Below, piece by piece: positions 47,389 to 60,695 of a stretch of 64,000 nt of DNA. The stretch's first letter is position 1, and every line of letters starts with the position of its first letter. Under the pieces are notes generated by a model, which was not told the origin of the DNA, did not search any database, and worked only from the letters and a program-made list of their open reading frames with translations. The DNA lies in the NCBI RefSeq assembly GCF_006345805.1, contig NC_043000.1, positions 100,316,001-100,380,000 on the forward strand, read 5' to 3'. The position numbers and the translations under genes were made by a program. The stretch is from Octopus sinensis (Eukaryota).

Positions 47389-48225
47389 TACAGAGGTTGG
47401 ACAAAATAATGGAAACATCTACCATCATAGCATCATAATTTTGAAATATCTATAAAACCCTCAAAAGCTTGTTTATTTTTGTTTTTTGATTTATTATTAG
47501 TGTTGCTTAATATGTTTTGCTAATCTTGCTGTTTCTTTCCAGATATCATCATAAAAAGGTTATTAAAGTTCATTAAAATTACTGATCTATCGGACTTTCA
47601 AAGAGGTCAAATTGTTGGTGCTCGTATGGCAGGTGCTAGCGTAACGAAAACAGCCGAAATATTTGGTGTATCAAGAAGTACTATCTCGAAAGTAATGACA
47701 GCCTTTGAGAAAGAGGGAAAAAATCTCCTCGTCGAAACAAAACACCGGAAGAAAACCAAAACTTTCAGATAAGGACCGTCGAATTCTAACGCGAATTGTT
47801 AGAAAGGATCACAAAAGAATAGTTCCCTAAATTACTGCAGAGCTTAGTGACCACCTTGAGAATCCAGTTTCCACAAAAAGTCTTCGCCGGCAGCTGCACA
47901 AAGCCGGATTTCACGTGAGGGCTGCAATCAGAAAACCACTACTTTCAAAAACAAACGTTTCAAAGCGTTTAGAGTGGAGTAAAAACCTACAGAATTGCTC
48001 CCTAGAGTAGTTGGAAAATGTTGTTTTTTCGGACAAGTCATCCTTTACCTTATTTCCGACCACCGGCTGAGTATAAGCGTGGAGACAGCCAAAAGAAGCA
48101 TTTGACCTAGATTATCTTCTTCCAACTGTTAAACATGGAGAAGGATCTCTGATGATCTGGAGTGGGGTATATCTTGGAAATCCGCCGGCCCAATGATTTT
48201 CCTTAATGGCAGAATTAATAGTAGA
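47389..48225 (+). mobile_element. Tc1 transposon, left TIR and 5' part of transposase
   Basis: TA-cagaggttggacaaaataatggaaaca TIR. Peptides DLSDFQRGQIVGARMAGASVTKTAEIFGVSRSTISKV, AAIRKPLLSKTN..KRLEW, VVFSDKSSF and PTVKHGEGSLMIW. Confidence 0.92.
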
Positions 48226-48454
48226 GCTACCCGAATACATACTACTGAAGATCACATCCGCACTCTCAACATGCAAAAGTGATGCCAAACTGTCGGCGCT
48301 CGTGCCATTATCTCTGGCCGTGGTCCTTATGTTCCTGTATTGTGTATTTCTTTCTAGAGCATACAGGACCTTTTCTCGTCGTTTGGAAAACAGTGGGATG
48401 TTAAGAAGGAATTGTGATTTGTGAGGCACCTCATCAAATCCTTATTTTTTTAGG

Positions 48455-48926
<472 letters not shown>

Positions 48927-48944
48927 CTCAAACCAAGTCGCTCT

Positions 48945-49990
48945 TTCCCCAGGATATTTGCTGAAGATAGATAGTTACTGGAAATTCGAGTGAAAGTGGC
49001 TGGGTGTTCTCCCATATTTCAGCTCACTCTCTCTGTACAGCAAGACCTCTAAGCTCCGCCTTGCAGTTTCATCGGTGGCCGAGGAATCCAAAGTCACGAA
49101 GGCAAGAGCAAGAACCTCATTGCTTCTGTCTGAGGATGAGCAAGTTAGACATACCAACAAGACCATAAAGTGTGACAGAAAAAGAAAACCCCAGGAAGCT
49201 GTAAAGGAAGCAAAGATATACCGGAAGCACCAGGGGATTGTTTGAGCAGTCTGTCAAGAACGGCAAGGACTTGGCAACTACAGCACCAAGAGGTGGAAAA
49301 ACACCAATACCGAGAGCAAGTGAGAGCTCATAGTGCAAAAGATCCACGATTCAACTGAGGAGAATCGCTGAGTGAAGGCAGTAGGGCTTGTTGTCCAGGG
49401 TCAATGAACAGTGTGGGGCAAGGCACTTGAGCACCCACTCTCCTTGAAGGAACTCTGGAGCAGTGACGAAGGAAGTTTGTCCTTTCTCCTTCGTGCTGTC
49501 AGCACACTGACATCTTGCCAACCCCAAACAAACCTAAAATATGGGATAAAGAAAGGACCCATCTTGCAAGCATAGCAGTGCAAGTCTCTTCGCAACCTGA
49601 ATCACATTTTGACCGGATGCCCTAAGGTACTGAGAGAAGGCCGATACTAATAAAGACATGACAAAGTTCTTGCAGAAATTGTCAAGTGGACTGATCATCA
49701 AAGGATGAAGGCTCTCCTTCCTCACCAAAAGGCATCAAATTCCTCTAGAGGAAGGCGACAAAGATTCCAAGGTGAAAACAATGGTAGGGGAACCGTTTTA
49801 TATTTTGCGTTCATCCTTCAGGAAATAGGCAAAACATTTGAAACTTAAGATGGCTGTGGTTGACATGCGGAACCCTACCGTAGGTGAAGATTAGCTCAGT
49901 TCTCGCTGCCCCACTCAGGAGAAGCGTACAGGTCAAAGGGCGAAACGCTTGTGAACTTGAGATACCTGCTGACGATACGGAAGGGTTTCC
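48945..49990 (+). mobile_element. HERO-clade (R2-group RLE) retrotransposon 3' remnant
   Basis: KWLGVLPYFSSLSLYSKTSKLRLAVSSVAEESKVTKAR, QGQ*TVW, LSFLLRAV..DILPTP, CCHC knuckle ending LNHILTGCPKVLREGRY**RHDKVL, and terminal RWLWL at ~49850-49865. Confidence 0.85.
49895..49975 (+). ncRNA. Hammerhead-ribozyme-like motif in non-circularly permuted order (stem II defective in this copy)
   Basis: AAGCGT-A (49922-28) pairs with GAAA-CGCTT (49942-50). CAGGT (49929-33) pairs with ACCTG (49964-68), which directly precedes CTGACGA (49969-75). Confidence 0.7.
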
Positions 49991-50172
49991 AATATTGCAA
50001 TGGATTTAGAACTTGCAAAACCTTTAAGTAGCTCCTGCAGTTTCTGCGTGGAGCAAAGCATCTCTGATGTTTATATCATCTGTTGTTGTTGGCAGTGCAA
50101 CTGATAGAGTTTTTCCTCATCAAAAATTAATGCACGCTGTTTAGTGATTAGGTTGTTAGTAATGTAATGAAT

Positions 50173-50587
50173 GGCGGCGAGCTGGCAGAAACGTTAGCAC
50201 GCCGACCGAAATGCTTAGCGGTATTTCGTCTGTCTTTACGTTCTGAGTTCAAATTCCGCCGAGGTCGACTTTGCCTTTCATCCTTTCGGGGTCGATAAAT
50301 TAAGTACCAGTTACGTACTGGGATCGATGTAATCGACTTAATCCGTTTGTCTGTCCTTGTTTGTCCTCTCTGTGTTTAGCCCCTTGTGGGTAGTAAAGAA
50401 ACAGGTATTTCGTCTGCTGCTACGTTCTGAGTTCAACTTCCGCCGATTTCGACTTTGCCTTTCATCCTTTCGAGGTCGATAAATTAAGTATCAGTTACCC
50501 ACTGGGGTCGATGTAATCGACTTAATCCCTTTGTCTGTCCTTGTTTGTCTCCTCTATGTTTAGCCCCTTATGGCCAATAAAGAAATA
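50173..50587 (+). mobile_element. SINE A dimer inside one 15-bp TSD
   Basis: TSD agtaatgt(a/t)atgaat at 50158-50172 and 50588-50602. The second unit starts at ggtatttcgtctg. Confidence 0.93.
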
Positions 50588-50716
50588 AGTAATGTTATGA
50601 ATCGTACATTTCCATATTTGAAAATTATTCGCGGATGTATTTGTTTATGTTTTTGAGGTTATTGTCACTACTGCTGAGGCATGTGCCTTTTGATCTTATA
50701 TCTATCTTTTGTATCT

Positions 50717-51122
50717 TTCATCTTTTAATTGTTTCAACTATTACTACGCTGGCCATGCTGGGGCACCGCCTTGCAGAAATTCTAGTCGAATGAATCACCT
50801 GCAGTACTTTTTTTTAAGCTTGGTACTTACGTCTTTAACGCACCGCTAAGTTCCGCGGACATCAACACACCAACACCTGTTGTCAAGAGGTAGTGGGAGA
50901 CAACACAGACACAAAAACACACACATTTAGATACACACACATACACACACATCACCCCCCCCCCACACAGTGGGTATCTCTCAGTTTCCATCTACCAAAT
51001 CCACTGACAAGGCTTTGAATGGACCGAAGCTATAGTAGATAACATTTACACGAATTGGATCTGAACCTGGAACCATGTGGTTGTAAAGCAAGTTTATTAC
51101 CACACAGCAACGCCTGTGCCTA
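50717..51122 (-). mobile_element. SINE family B
   Basis: Reverse complement of family B from tail (cttttaattgtttca) to head (gcaagtttattaccacacagcaacgcctg). Confidence 0.85.
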
Positions 51123-51302
51123 TATCTGAAGACATTTTGAAAAAGACAAATGGCTTTTTGTGAAAGAATATAAGCTGTTGAAATTGCTTGAAGCCAAGTC
51201 TTTCATTTACTGTAGGTCATGGGGGTAGGAAATCAAATAGGTCGAAATCTTTTTGTTAATAAAACTGAAATAAATAAATAAATAAAACTCAACCGCCTCC
51301 GG

Positions 51303-52506
51303 TTATTAATTGAACATGATTGACGTAACATAAGCACTTTCCTTTACTACATACATATTTCTTCACACACATTAAGAGAGAGTGAGTGAGAGAGCGAGAG
51401 AGAGAGAGAGAGAGAGAGTCAGAAACAGAGACATAGGGACTGAGTGAGTGATTGAGAGAAAGAGGGAGAGTTAGAGAGAGAAGGAGAAAGAGAGACAGAG
51501 GAAAGGACAGAGAGACAGAATAAGAGGGAGAGAAAGAAGCATTAAAATGTGAGAAGCGTTAAAACGTCTTTTGATAACTATACAGATAACTATTTCGCCC
51601 GACATACTAACGTTTCTGCCAGCTCGCCTCCTTATCATTATCGTCACAGTCATAGTCGTGATCCGTGGTTGTCGCCGTCGTCATGGTGGTCATCGTCGTC
51701 GTCATCATCATCATCATCATCATCGTTGTGTCATCATTTTTGTCACATGCAATTCTGTTGCATCTTCTCCCTGCAGCTTTGAATACTGCGTGCGTCTTTC
51801 TACTTCGTTTATCTGTGGTTTTTGATGGATGGATATATATGTATATATAAATATATATTCAATCACTTTGTTCACAGAAGTGGTGATTAGATAGGCTACG
51901 TATGGACGGTGTCTGCATAGGTGGAGAACGTCGTTGGTTACTATTGTGTATAGTGTTAGAGGCAAGAACAGAAAGAAGGTCGTGTGTGTGTGTGTGGACT
52001 GGAAGGTGCAGTGGACATTAAGGAACTACGGAGATGAGCGGAGTTGTTACAAAGTAATTTTGGCAATGGATTGGCGTGACAAGAATCTTTTGATCTGACA
52101 TCGAAAAGTGCGATAACAGGAGAGCGTTGAGAACATCAAGTGACAAAGATCTTAATCAACAGGATGAAGGAACAAATTTCTACAAATGCTTAGAGGGCAA
52201 CGAACACACACACACACACACACACACACAAAGTACATACGGATACTCTCTCTCATTCACACTTATGCTGTTTTCATTAAAATTAGAAACAGGACATGCA
52301 TACACACGCGCGCCTACACACACTTACACACACATACTCACACATACACTCATACGCATATGCATATACACATACACTCTCATTCTCTCATCTCACATAC
52401 AGATATACTTTTCGTAAAAACTAGAAAGAGTTAATGCAAACAGTGACATACACACGCACACAAACACACTTAGACACACACACACATACTTACACACACA
52501 AATACT

Positions 52507-52545
<39 letters not shown>

Positions 52546-54337
52546 GCTCTCTCTATCTCTATCTCTGTCTGTCTCTAAGTCTCTCACACACGGACACACA
52601 CACAAACACGCATACACATAGCTCTTTCTGTGTCTCTGCTTGTCTCTTTGTCTCTCTCTGTCACATACACACACACACACACACGCTCTCTCTATCTATC
52701 TCTGTCTGTCTGTCTCTCAGTCTCTCTCTCTCTCTCTGTCTGTCTCTTAGTTTCTCTCTCTCTCACACACACTCACACACAAACACATACACAAACACAC
52801 GCACAAACACACACGCTCTCTGTCTCTGTCTCTCTCTCACACACACTCACCCCCACCACCAACTCTGCCCACACACGCTCTGTCTCTCTGTCTGTCTCTT
52901 TCTCTCTCTCTCTCTCTCACACACACACAATCACAGCATTTAAATGATATATAAAATTTTTGCATTTTGTATTTTGTTACTCTATATTTTAGCATTATTT
53001 TATTATAAGTATATTCTCTCTCTCTCTCTCTCCCCCTCTCTCTCTGTCTGGTACACACATACACACAAATATATTTACACACATTACATTATCTTATATA
53101 TTTTTTCAAAAATACTATAATCAAAAGGTGTAGCATTAGTATGAGGATATGCGCTGTAACACCATGTTGCTGCATCCACCAATTTGTTTGCGAATCCCTA
53201 CTCTTGGTGAGTGACGCCTTTGTACCTCTCAGTCAACAACTCTCCATCCTATGGGTCTCTTTGGGTAGTCGTTGCTGGCGAGGGCTTTACGGGGTGGGAG
53301 TGCAAATCCTACCTCAGCGTGTTTTAGTCGTTTTTTTTTTACGACACGCAGAGAAAATGTTGGGTTTATTCTTTGATATGCCAGTCCCCACACAGCACTA
53401 GAGCAACATGAAATGAAGTGTTTTGCAGAAGAACACAACATGCTGCCCTGCCTGGGAATCGAACCGACGATCTAGCGTCCGTGTGGGCAACATGTGAACC
53501 ATTAGGCCACCTTTAATCAAAAGGTGGAACACTATTCAATAACTTTAAAAAATGACAATATAAGAGTAATCCTGATCGGTTGTCTGAGAATGCTTAGTTT
53601 AAGTGACTAGGGTGTTTGGGTGGATGGCAGAATGAACAGCAGAGTAGAAAAGAACAACTATCCTAGAATCCCTGAGCCGTGGTAATCATCAGGTGACTTG
53701 TGTGTGTGCGGGGGTGGTGGTGGTTCTACTGAATCTATTAGTAAGGTAGATGAAAACTATTTAATTTGGTATTACTGATTGTTAACAAAATCGGAAGCGT
53801 CCAACAAAATACTTTCTTGTACTTAGTTTATATCCCTTTACGTTCTGAGTTCAATCCTAGTGAGGTTACTTTGCCTGTGATTCTATCGGAGTCGACCTAA
53901 TAAGAATATCAGGGTCGATATAATCGACTGTTCTATCTCCACAAATTTCCAGTCTTGCGCCCACGCATTATATAAATTGTTATATGTTTTGATTACCAGT
54001 GGCATTGAAGGGGACGATTGGACGCAGCTGTTGCGACGCCGATGATTTGGCACGATTTATTTAGACAATCAATCACTTTTGATGGCAGTACTTTTTGGCA
54101 CTGGACACACACACACACACACACACGCACACACACATACGCAGCGCGCACAGGAACATAAGAATGCAAGTAGAGTTGAAGAGGAGAGACAGATAGAGAG
54201 AAGGAGAGATAAAGTGGGAGAGGGAGGGTAAGATAGGGAGAGAGAGAGAGAGAGAGATACATTAACATTTATTAATTGAACATGGTTGACGTAACATAAA
54301 CACTTTCCTTTACTACATACATATTTCTTCACACACA

Positions 54338-54385
<48 letters not shown>

Positions 54386-54556
54386 GTGAGAGAGCGAGAG
54401 AGAGAGTCTGAAATAGAGACATAGAGACTGAGTGAGTGATTGAGAGAGAGAGAGGGAGAAAGAGGGTCAGTTAGAGAGAGAAGGAGAAAGAGAGACAGAG
54501 GAAAGGACAGGGAGAGAAAGAAGCATTAAAATGTGAGAAGCGTTAAAACGTCTTTT
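51303..54556. repeat. ~270-290-bp direct duplication (51303-51572 and 54268-54556)
   Basis: ttattaattgaacatg.ttgacgtaacataa.cactttcctttactacatacatatttcttcacacacattaag(GA)n...gaagcattaaaatgtgagaagcgttaaaacgtcttttg occurs in both copies. Confidence 0.9.
53390..53512 (-). mobile_element. SINE family C head
   Basis: A box tggcctaatgg and B box ggttcgattcc on the minus strand, then tgttgtgttcttctgcaaaacacttc. Confidence 0.8.
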
Positions 54557-56959
54557 GCCAAATAGGTAAGCGTCAATTCACCAACGCCAAATTGGCGGCC
54601 GGCACCAAGCTGGCTGTGGCAAAACGTCTCATATCTTCAACGGGAAAGATGTTTTTTACTATTTCTCGATTAGTTTCTTTTTGTTGATCCAAGTGGGTGT
54701 TTTCAGTTTTTTTTTTTTTTGTGCAAATTGTTTTAGACGGGAGCTTGTGTTTAATTTCGTGTTTTCTCTCACGCTTAGGGCAGATTTTTTTTCCTTTATT
54801 GATTTTAATGTAAAAAATTTTCGACGGAAAGACTAAAAAAAAAAAACAGACAAACAAAAAAAAAAACAAAAAAAAAACGAAAAATGGTTTTGTTTAAAAT
54901 ATGATATCTTCAGTGGAAGATGTAGGAGTGAAGGTGGTTCCTAAATTTGCTGTGGAAATTTTGTAGAATATAAATAATACACAAGCTCGCATAAATAGAA
55001 AGGAATTTTTATCTGATAAACGATGTAACAAGAAAAAAAAAGAAAGAAAGAAAAAGAAAAGAAAAAGGAAGGTGAAGAATTTTAAAAACAAAATGATTTT
55101 TCTTTGAGATATATTGAAACTGACAACGGTAACACTATGAACGAATGCATAACATGAACATTAACTCTACCAATACTGTAAATATTAATAATAATACTAA
55201 CGTTGCTAAGGTGGTCGACAGTGGTAACAACAATAACAGTAATGACATAAACTTAAGCAAAACAGCAGCAACAACAACAACAACAACATATTTTGTCAGT
55301 GTCAGACGCGGGATGCAGGTTGGGAAATGGAATTCATAAGGATCCTAGGATCTTCTTCGTCGTCATCGTCGACGCTGTTGCATTTTTAAATATTATTTTT
55401 ACTATTTCGTTGCAAGTATCTTTCTCTCTCATCGGACAGATAGACGATACAAAGGCGGACACGAAAAACAACAATTAGAGGAACAGGGAAAAAAGGACGG
55501 GTCATTGGTGGCCTTCTTTCGTCAGTCAAGTTACCAGATGTCCTTACAGTTTTAGGCAGTGACACTTGATATTTACGTGTATTTCATAAACTAATTATTA
55601 GTTATATAATTTGACTTACATAAACAAAACTTATAGTTAAATCGTTAGAAATATGTACTTTTTATACGTATTTGAGTTGAAACCGTGTTGACAAAATTCG
55701 CTACAGAAAAATGCTATTAGTAAAAGCAGAGGGAATATTCATCATCCTCAAAATGGTACAATATAACAGTAATCCTTTTCTTCTGTTCCTAGTTCAACTC
55801 CCAGAAGTGGTTCGGGTAGCTGGTGGTGCAATCAGCAGGGCGGTCGGCCACGTATTTTGGAATCTCTGAGACAAGGGTGGGGTTAATGAATGCAGTGGAG
55901 ATGTGGGCATAGGCTGCATGGGAATGTATGTGGTGTGAGGGACGGATAGAGAGAAAGAGAGAGAAGGGAGGCAGAGTGAGGAGGGAGGCAGAGAGAGAGA
56001 GAGAGGGGGAAGGTAGAGAGAGAGAGAGAGAGCGGGAGAAAAAGAGAGAGAGAAAGGAGGCAGAAAGTGAGAGGGAGACTTTAAGAGAGAGAGAGAAAGA
56101 GAGAGAGAGAGAAATAAAAGACTTATATTAAGCTTAACTGATCTCAACTGACTTCGGTTTATATTAATGCTAAAGAACTTTTGTATTACACTACACACAC
56201 ATACATATTTATACATAAACACACACACATATTGTTGAAATCATAAAAAATTTATAAACTTTCGAGAGAACGTGAAATAATTCCTTTTTTGAACGGCGGG
56301 TTTCGAAGCACACAAAAAGTTATAAATAATAACAATATTTGTAAGCTATTATCTATAGCTTTATGTGTGCTTCGAGATCTGTTGTTACGAAAGAGAATTT
56401 ACACACACGCACACACACACGCACGAGCCCACACACGCACGCGCGCACACACGCACGCGCACACACACGCACGCGCACACACATGCAGCACGCATTCACA
56501 GACCAAAGGGCAAATTTCAATTTCATTCCATTTAGAATGTTTTCTGTGTTACTCATTTGGTGCATCACTACCTACCTGAATTAGCTAAATTCATGCCATA
56601 CTTTATGTATGTATGTATGTATGTGTGGTTGTATGTGGTCCATACATATATGCATATATCTATATGTATATACTCATACGTATATGTATGTGTGTGTGCG
56701 TGTGTCTATATATGTATGTATAAATATGCATGCGTTTGTATATATTCACATACACACAGAATTGTTCATGAGCCAACACAGAAGTCTTTGTGTAACCACT
56801 GAACATACTACAAATCACACCTGTCTGTCTTAATAAAAGAATATGTTAAGTAATGTACTCGTAGGTTCCCCCTTAAAAACATTGACTGCTCACACCTGGA
56901 ATCTTCTTCTTTCCTACCTCCGCAACATTATTCAGTGATCGCTAGTTAGACAATGTATT

Positions 56960-57018
<59 letters not shown>

Positions 57019-57214
57019 GGCAGTCACCATGATAGATCAGTAGCCACTACACACATTTGTTTTCTCTCCTTGTTTCTCTCCTTGTTTTTCTGTTACCCTT
57101 TCTGTAGAAGAGCGTAGGCTCGAAACGTAAAATACTTTTTCAGTTCCTGAGCGTTATACTAATACATCTGTTTGTTTTGTACACCACCTGTCTCTGTCTT
57201 TTCGTGAACTCTCC

Positions 57215-57220
<6 letters not shown>
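57019..57220 (+). mobile_element. Short Penelope-type terminal repeat with a minimal hammerhead-like motif
   Basis: CTTT CTGTAGA A GAGC-GTAG-GCTC GAAA CG TA AAA at 57098-57132. Confidence 0.55.
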
Positions 57221-57249
<29 letters not shown>

Positions 57250-57429
57250 CACCTTTTTTTTTTACTTCGAGCCAAAGAATGGTGACAAGTTTAAAGCATT
57301 ATTTTCTAAAATTGTTAACTGATGGCGAAAGACTGCTGATGACGTTGGAAAACGAAATTTACTTCTGACGTACATTTCTTAACCCCTATTGACCTATGCC
57401 TTACTTTGATTTCCAAATATTATGAATAG

Positions 57430-57680
57430 ATATTGTATTTGTACGTTTCTTCTTCACCTTACAGTGCATCTGAATATTTCTGAATATAACGTAATTGTTC
57501 GTATTTTCAATTTGTGAGATTTAAATATTTCTTAGACTCGACTTACCCTCAAGACGTAGCCGAAGTACTTGAAGTAATGGTGCCTACAGGAACACAGAAT
57601 CTGAAATGCAATCATCTAGCAGAGACACTGACTTCGATATCAATTCAGGCGTCGTGCAAGATGATGCACTAACATCATTC
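57430..57680 (+). mobile_element. Decayed RTE RT fragment, paralogous to 59210-59460
   Basis: YRNTESEMQSSSRDTDFDINSGVVQDDALTSFPF (cf. YKNT.A.V.SPDGDTDFFDI.AGVLQGDTLAP.LF). Confidence 0.6.
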
Positions 57681-57820
57681 CCATTCAAGAAGGAAGAAAA
57701 TGCCAAAATAAGAAATGATTTGGTTGCTATTTCTTATAGGTTGTGTGATATCGTAAAGGATTCCTCAATGCATGTTTACTGAAGTTGATATTGTTGTTGT
57801 TGTTGTTTTTGTTGTTGCAG

Positions 57821-57857
<37 letters not shown>

Positions 57858-58104
57858 TGTTTAACATTACCCCATACTTAATCCAGCAGATATAAGCTTA
57901 AAGGCACCTTCAATTGTGAACACCTCATCCGTATATCACAGACACGATGCATCTTGTATTACATTAGCCAAGACTGGAGAAACAATTTTGCAGTTGATTT
58001 TAGCAAGCCTAGTGACTACGTAAAGACTCCCTCACTGACTTACATGATGAAAAATTCTTCGCCTATGCTTTCTAAAGAATAATATTTAAAAAAAAAAAAC
58101 CTTC

Positions 58105-58480
58105 TGCTATAGGTGCAGGCGTGGCTGGTGTGTAAGAAGCTTGCTTTCTAATCCCATGGCTCCGGGTTCAGTTCCACTATGTGGCAGCAGCTTGGGCAAG
58201 TGTTTTCTACTATAGCTCTGGCCGAATGAAGCCTTTTGAGTGGATCTAGAATATTTATGTATATGTTTGTCCTCCACTACCACTTGACAACCAGTGTCTG
58301 TGTGTTTACGTCCCTGTAACAGCGGTTCGGCAAAAGAGACCGATAAAATAAGCACCAAGCTTGGTAAAAAATTTAAGTACTGGGATTCATTTATTCAGCT
58401 AAAATTTCTTCAAGGTGGTGCCCCAGCATGGCCGGTGTCTAATAACTGAGACGAGTACAAAATAAAAGATAAAAGATAAT
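58105..58480 (+). mobile_element. SINE family B
   Basis: ggcgtggctggtgtgtaagaagcttgc...ggttcagttcc...gcggttcggcaaaagagaccgat...aaaataaaagataaaagat. Confidence 0.85.
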
Positions 58481-58812
58481 ATTTCTGCAGAAAATGTTTA
58501 CAGTAGTCGATGTTTTACTTTGCATCGAGGGTGCAGTCACAGTTAAGGCCTTCGATTTGCTTTCTGATAACGGATTCAATCTTACTGTATGCCATCGTGG
58601 CTATGTCTAATTTACCATAAGATTCGAACCGAACCCAGCATTGTGATGAGGAAAATTCTGTATAGAAGCTTGCTGGTTAGATTCTACCAGTAATTTAAAA
58701 GGACCAGGCGTTACATACAGTATCACGCTCCATCTGCTTGAAGGTTAGGTTAAGTGTATGTATTTATATATGTATATATATATATATATTATATATGTAT
58801 ATATATATATAT

Positions 58813-58892
<80 letters not shown>

Positions 58893-58916
58893 ACATATAT
58901 ATATATATATATATAT

Positions 58917-58971
<55 letters not shown>

Positions 58972-58989
58972 ATATATATATATATCTAC

Positions 58990-59020
<31 letters not shown>

Positions 59021-59209
59021 ATACACATATATATATATATATATATAAATAAATATATATATATATATATATATATCTTTGTAATACTCAACCACTAACA
59101 AGTTAATACTACAAGTAACTAGTTCAAGTGATTGAATAACAGGAATGTATATCGTCGAAATCGACGTAAGATCCATTTACTTAAGAATGTATGATAGTTG
59201 GAGATTGAA

Positions 59210-59989
59210 TAAACATTGTATTTGTGCTTTCCTTCGTCTTAGTAGCCTCAGTACATCTGAATTTATCTGAATATATCTTGATTGCTCATATTTTCAATTT
59301 GTAAGATTTAGATATTTCTATTATCACATCGACGTACCTTCCAGACATAGTAGCTGAAGTAATGAAGTTCTACAAGAACACAACAGCCGAAATGCAATCA
59401 TCTGGACGTGACACCGACTTCGACATCATTTCAAGTGTCGTGCAGTGATGCACTGGCACCAGTACCATTTTGCATCTGCCTGGGCTATGTTATTCGCACT
59501 TTAGTAGACAAAAGTAAAGAACTCAGTTTTAGTCTTACCAAAGCCACTTCTCGCTACTCAGGCACGACAATAACAGATGCTGTCAATGGTATCGCTCGCT
59601 TTGCAGGTACCATTTCAGAAACTACCTTTCTTGTATGTAACTCTGAAATGCGTTGCATGTCAATGTCTAAAAATTGATTACATTTGTTGCAATCAATAAT
59701 CAAAATCAAAGAAAACACTTTAAAATTTCTTAAGAAATAACATCGCATTCACAGAAAAGAATTTTAAAAATTCTCCTTGAAAATCAAGGGTTGTTCTTGT
59801 TGTCCCCCATACCCTTTGGAAGTCACCCGTGCTGCAATGAAGTCTGACTGTCACTCACCAAGTACCAAGAGGCAAAGCTTAATAATTTGTGTACCCGCAT
59901 TTAACGGGGAGTTCTGAATATATTTTGAAAAAAAACCAACCGACTAAACAGAGACTGCTTGGCAGTATTCTTGCAACCAGTGATATCAT

Positions 59990-60054
<65 letters not shown>

Positions 60055-60230
60055 AAAGACGCATGCATTTTGTAAGACTTGTTGTAGAGCTAAGAACTCA
60101 TTAGTTCCTCTACATGGATACACACGGGTCGACCGTCCGGCAAAAACCTTCATCAACCAGTTCTATATGGATACGAGATGTTTCCCTGTTGAACCACTGT
60201 ACTCGGCCAGAAGATGGTTACCACATCTAG
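59210..60230 (+). mobile_element. Decayed RTE LINE (RT fragment plus C-terminus)
   Basis: KFYKNTTAEMQSSGRDTDFDIISSVVQ / DALAPVPFCICLGYVIRTLVDKSKELSFSLTK, and PLHGYTRVDRPAKTFINQFYMDT at ~60100-60180. Confidence 0.7.
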
Positions 60231-60583
60231 GTACATATACAATTTCTCCTCTTTTCTTCAAGGAGAGTGTTGTTTTGTTGCACGTTCGCACGTCAACTTT
60301 GATCTAAGTAGATGAATCTATAACGAAAGGAGTTTCTGCCTTGACCAACCCATCCTTTTCTTTGTCATTGCGTATCTGGAACTATATTACCCCATGAGTC
60401 TCTATTTTTAAGATGGAAGATTGTGATGTGCGGTAAATTTGGCTGATATTTATAGCAGGTCGAGCGACCACGAATAGCAAGTTGGTTTGTTCTCAAAGAT
60501 ATTTCCGTGTAATCATTAAAAATGATGGATAGAGATTTTGTCTTTATTACCCTGCTCTCTTTTTGCATTGTCTTTTTTCCCCT

Positions 60584-60695
<112 letters not shown>

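Noticed and set aside
48225-48430. Coding-like segment replacing the Tc1 3' half
   Set aside because: I could not assign it to any family; it is left uncalled.
51303-54556. LTR retrotransposon formed by the two direct repeats
   Set aside because: No TG..CA ends, PBS, PPT, TSD or gag/pol remnants were seen.
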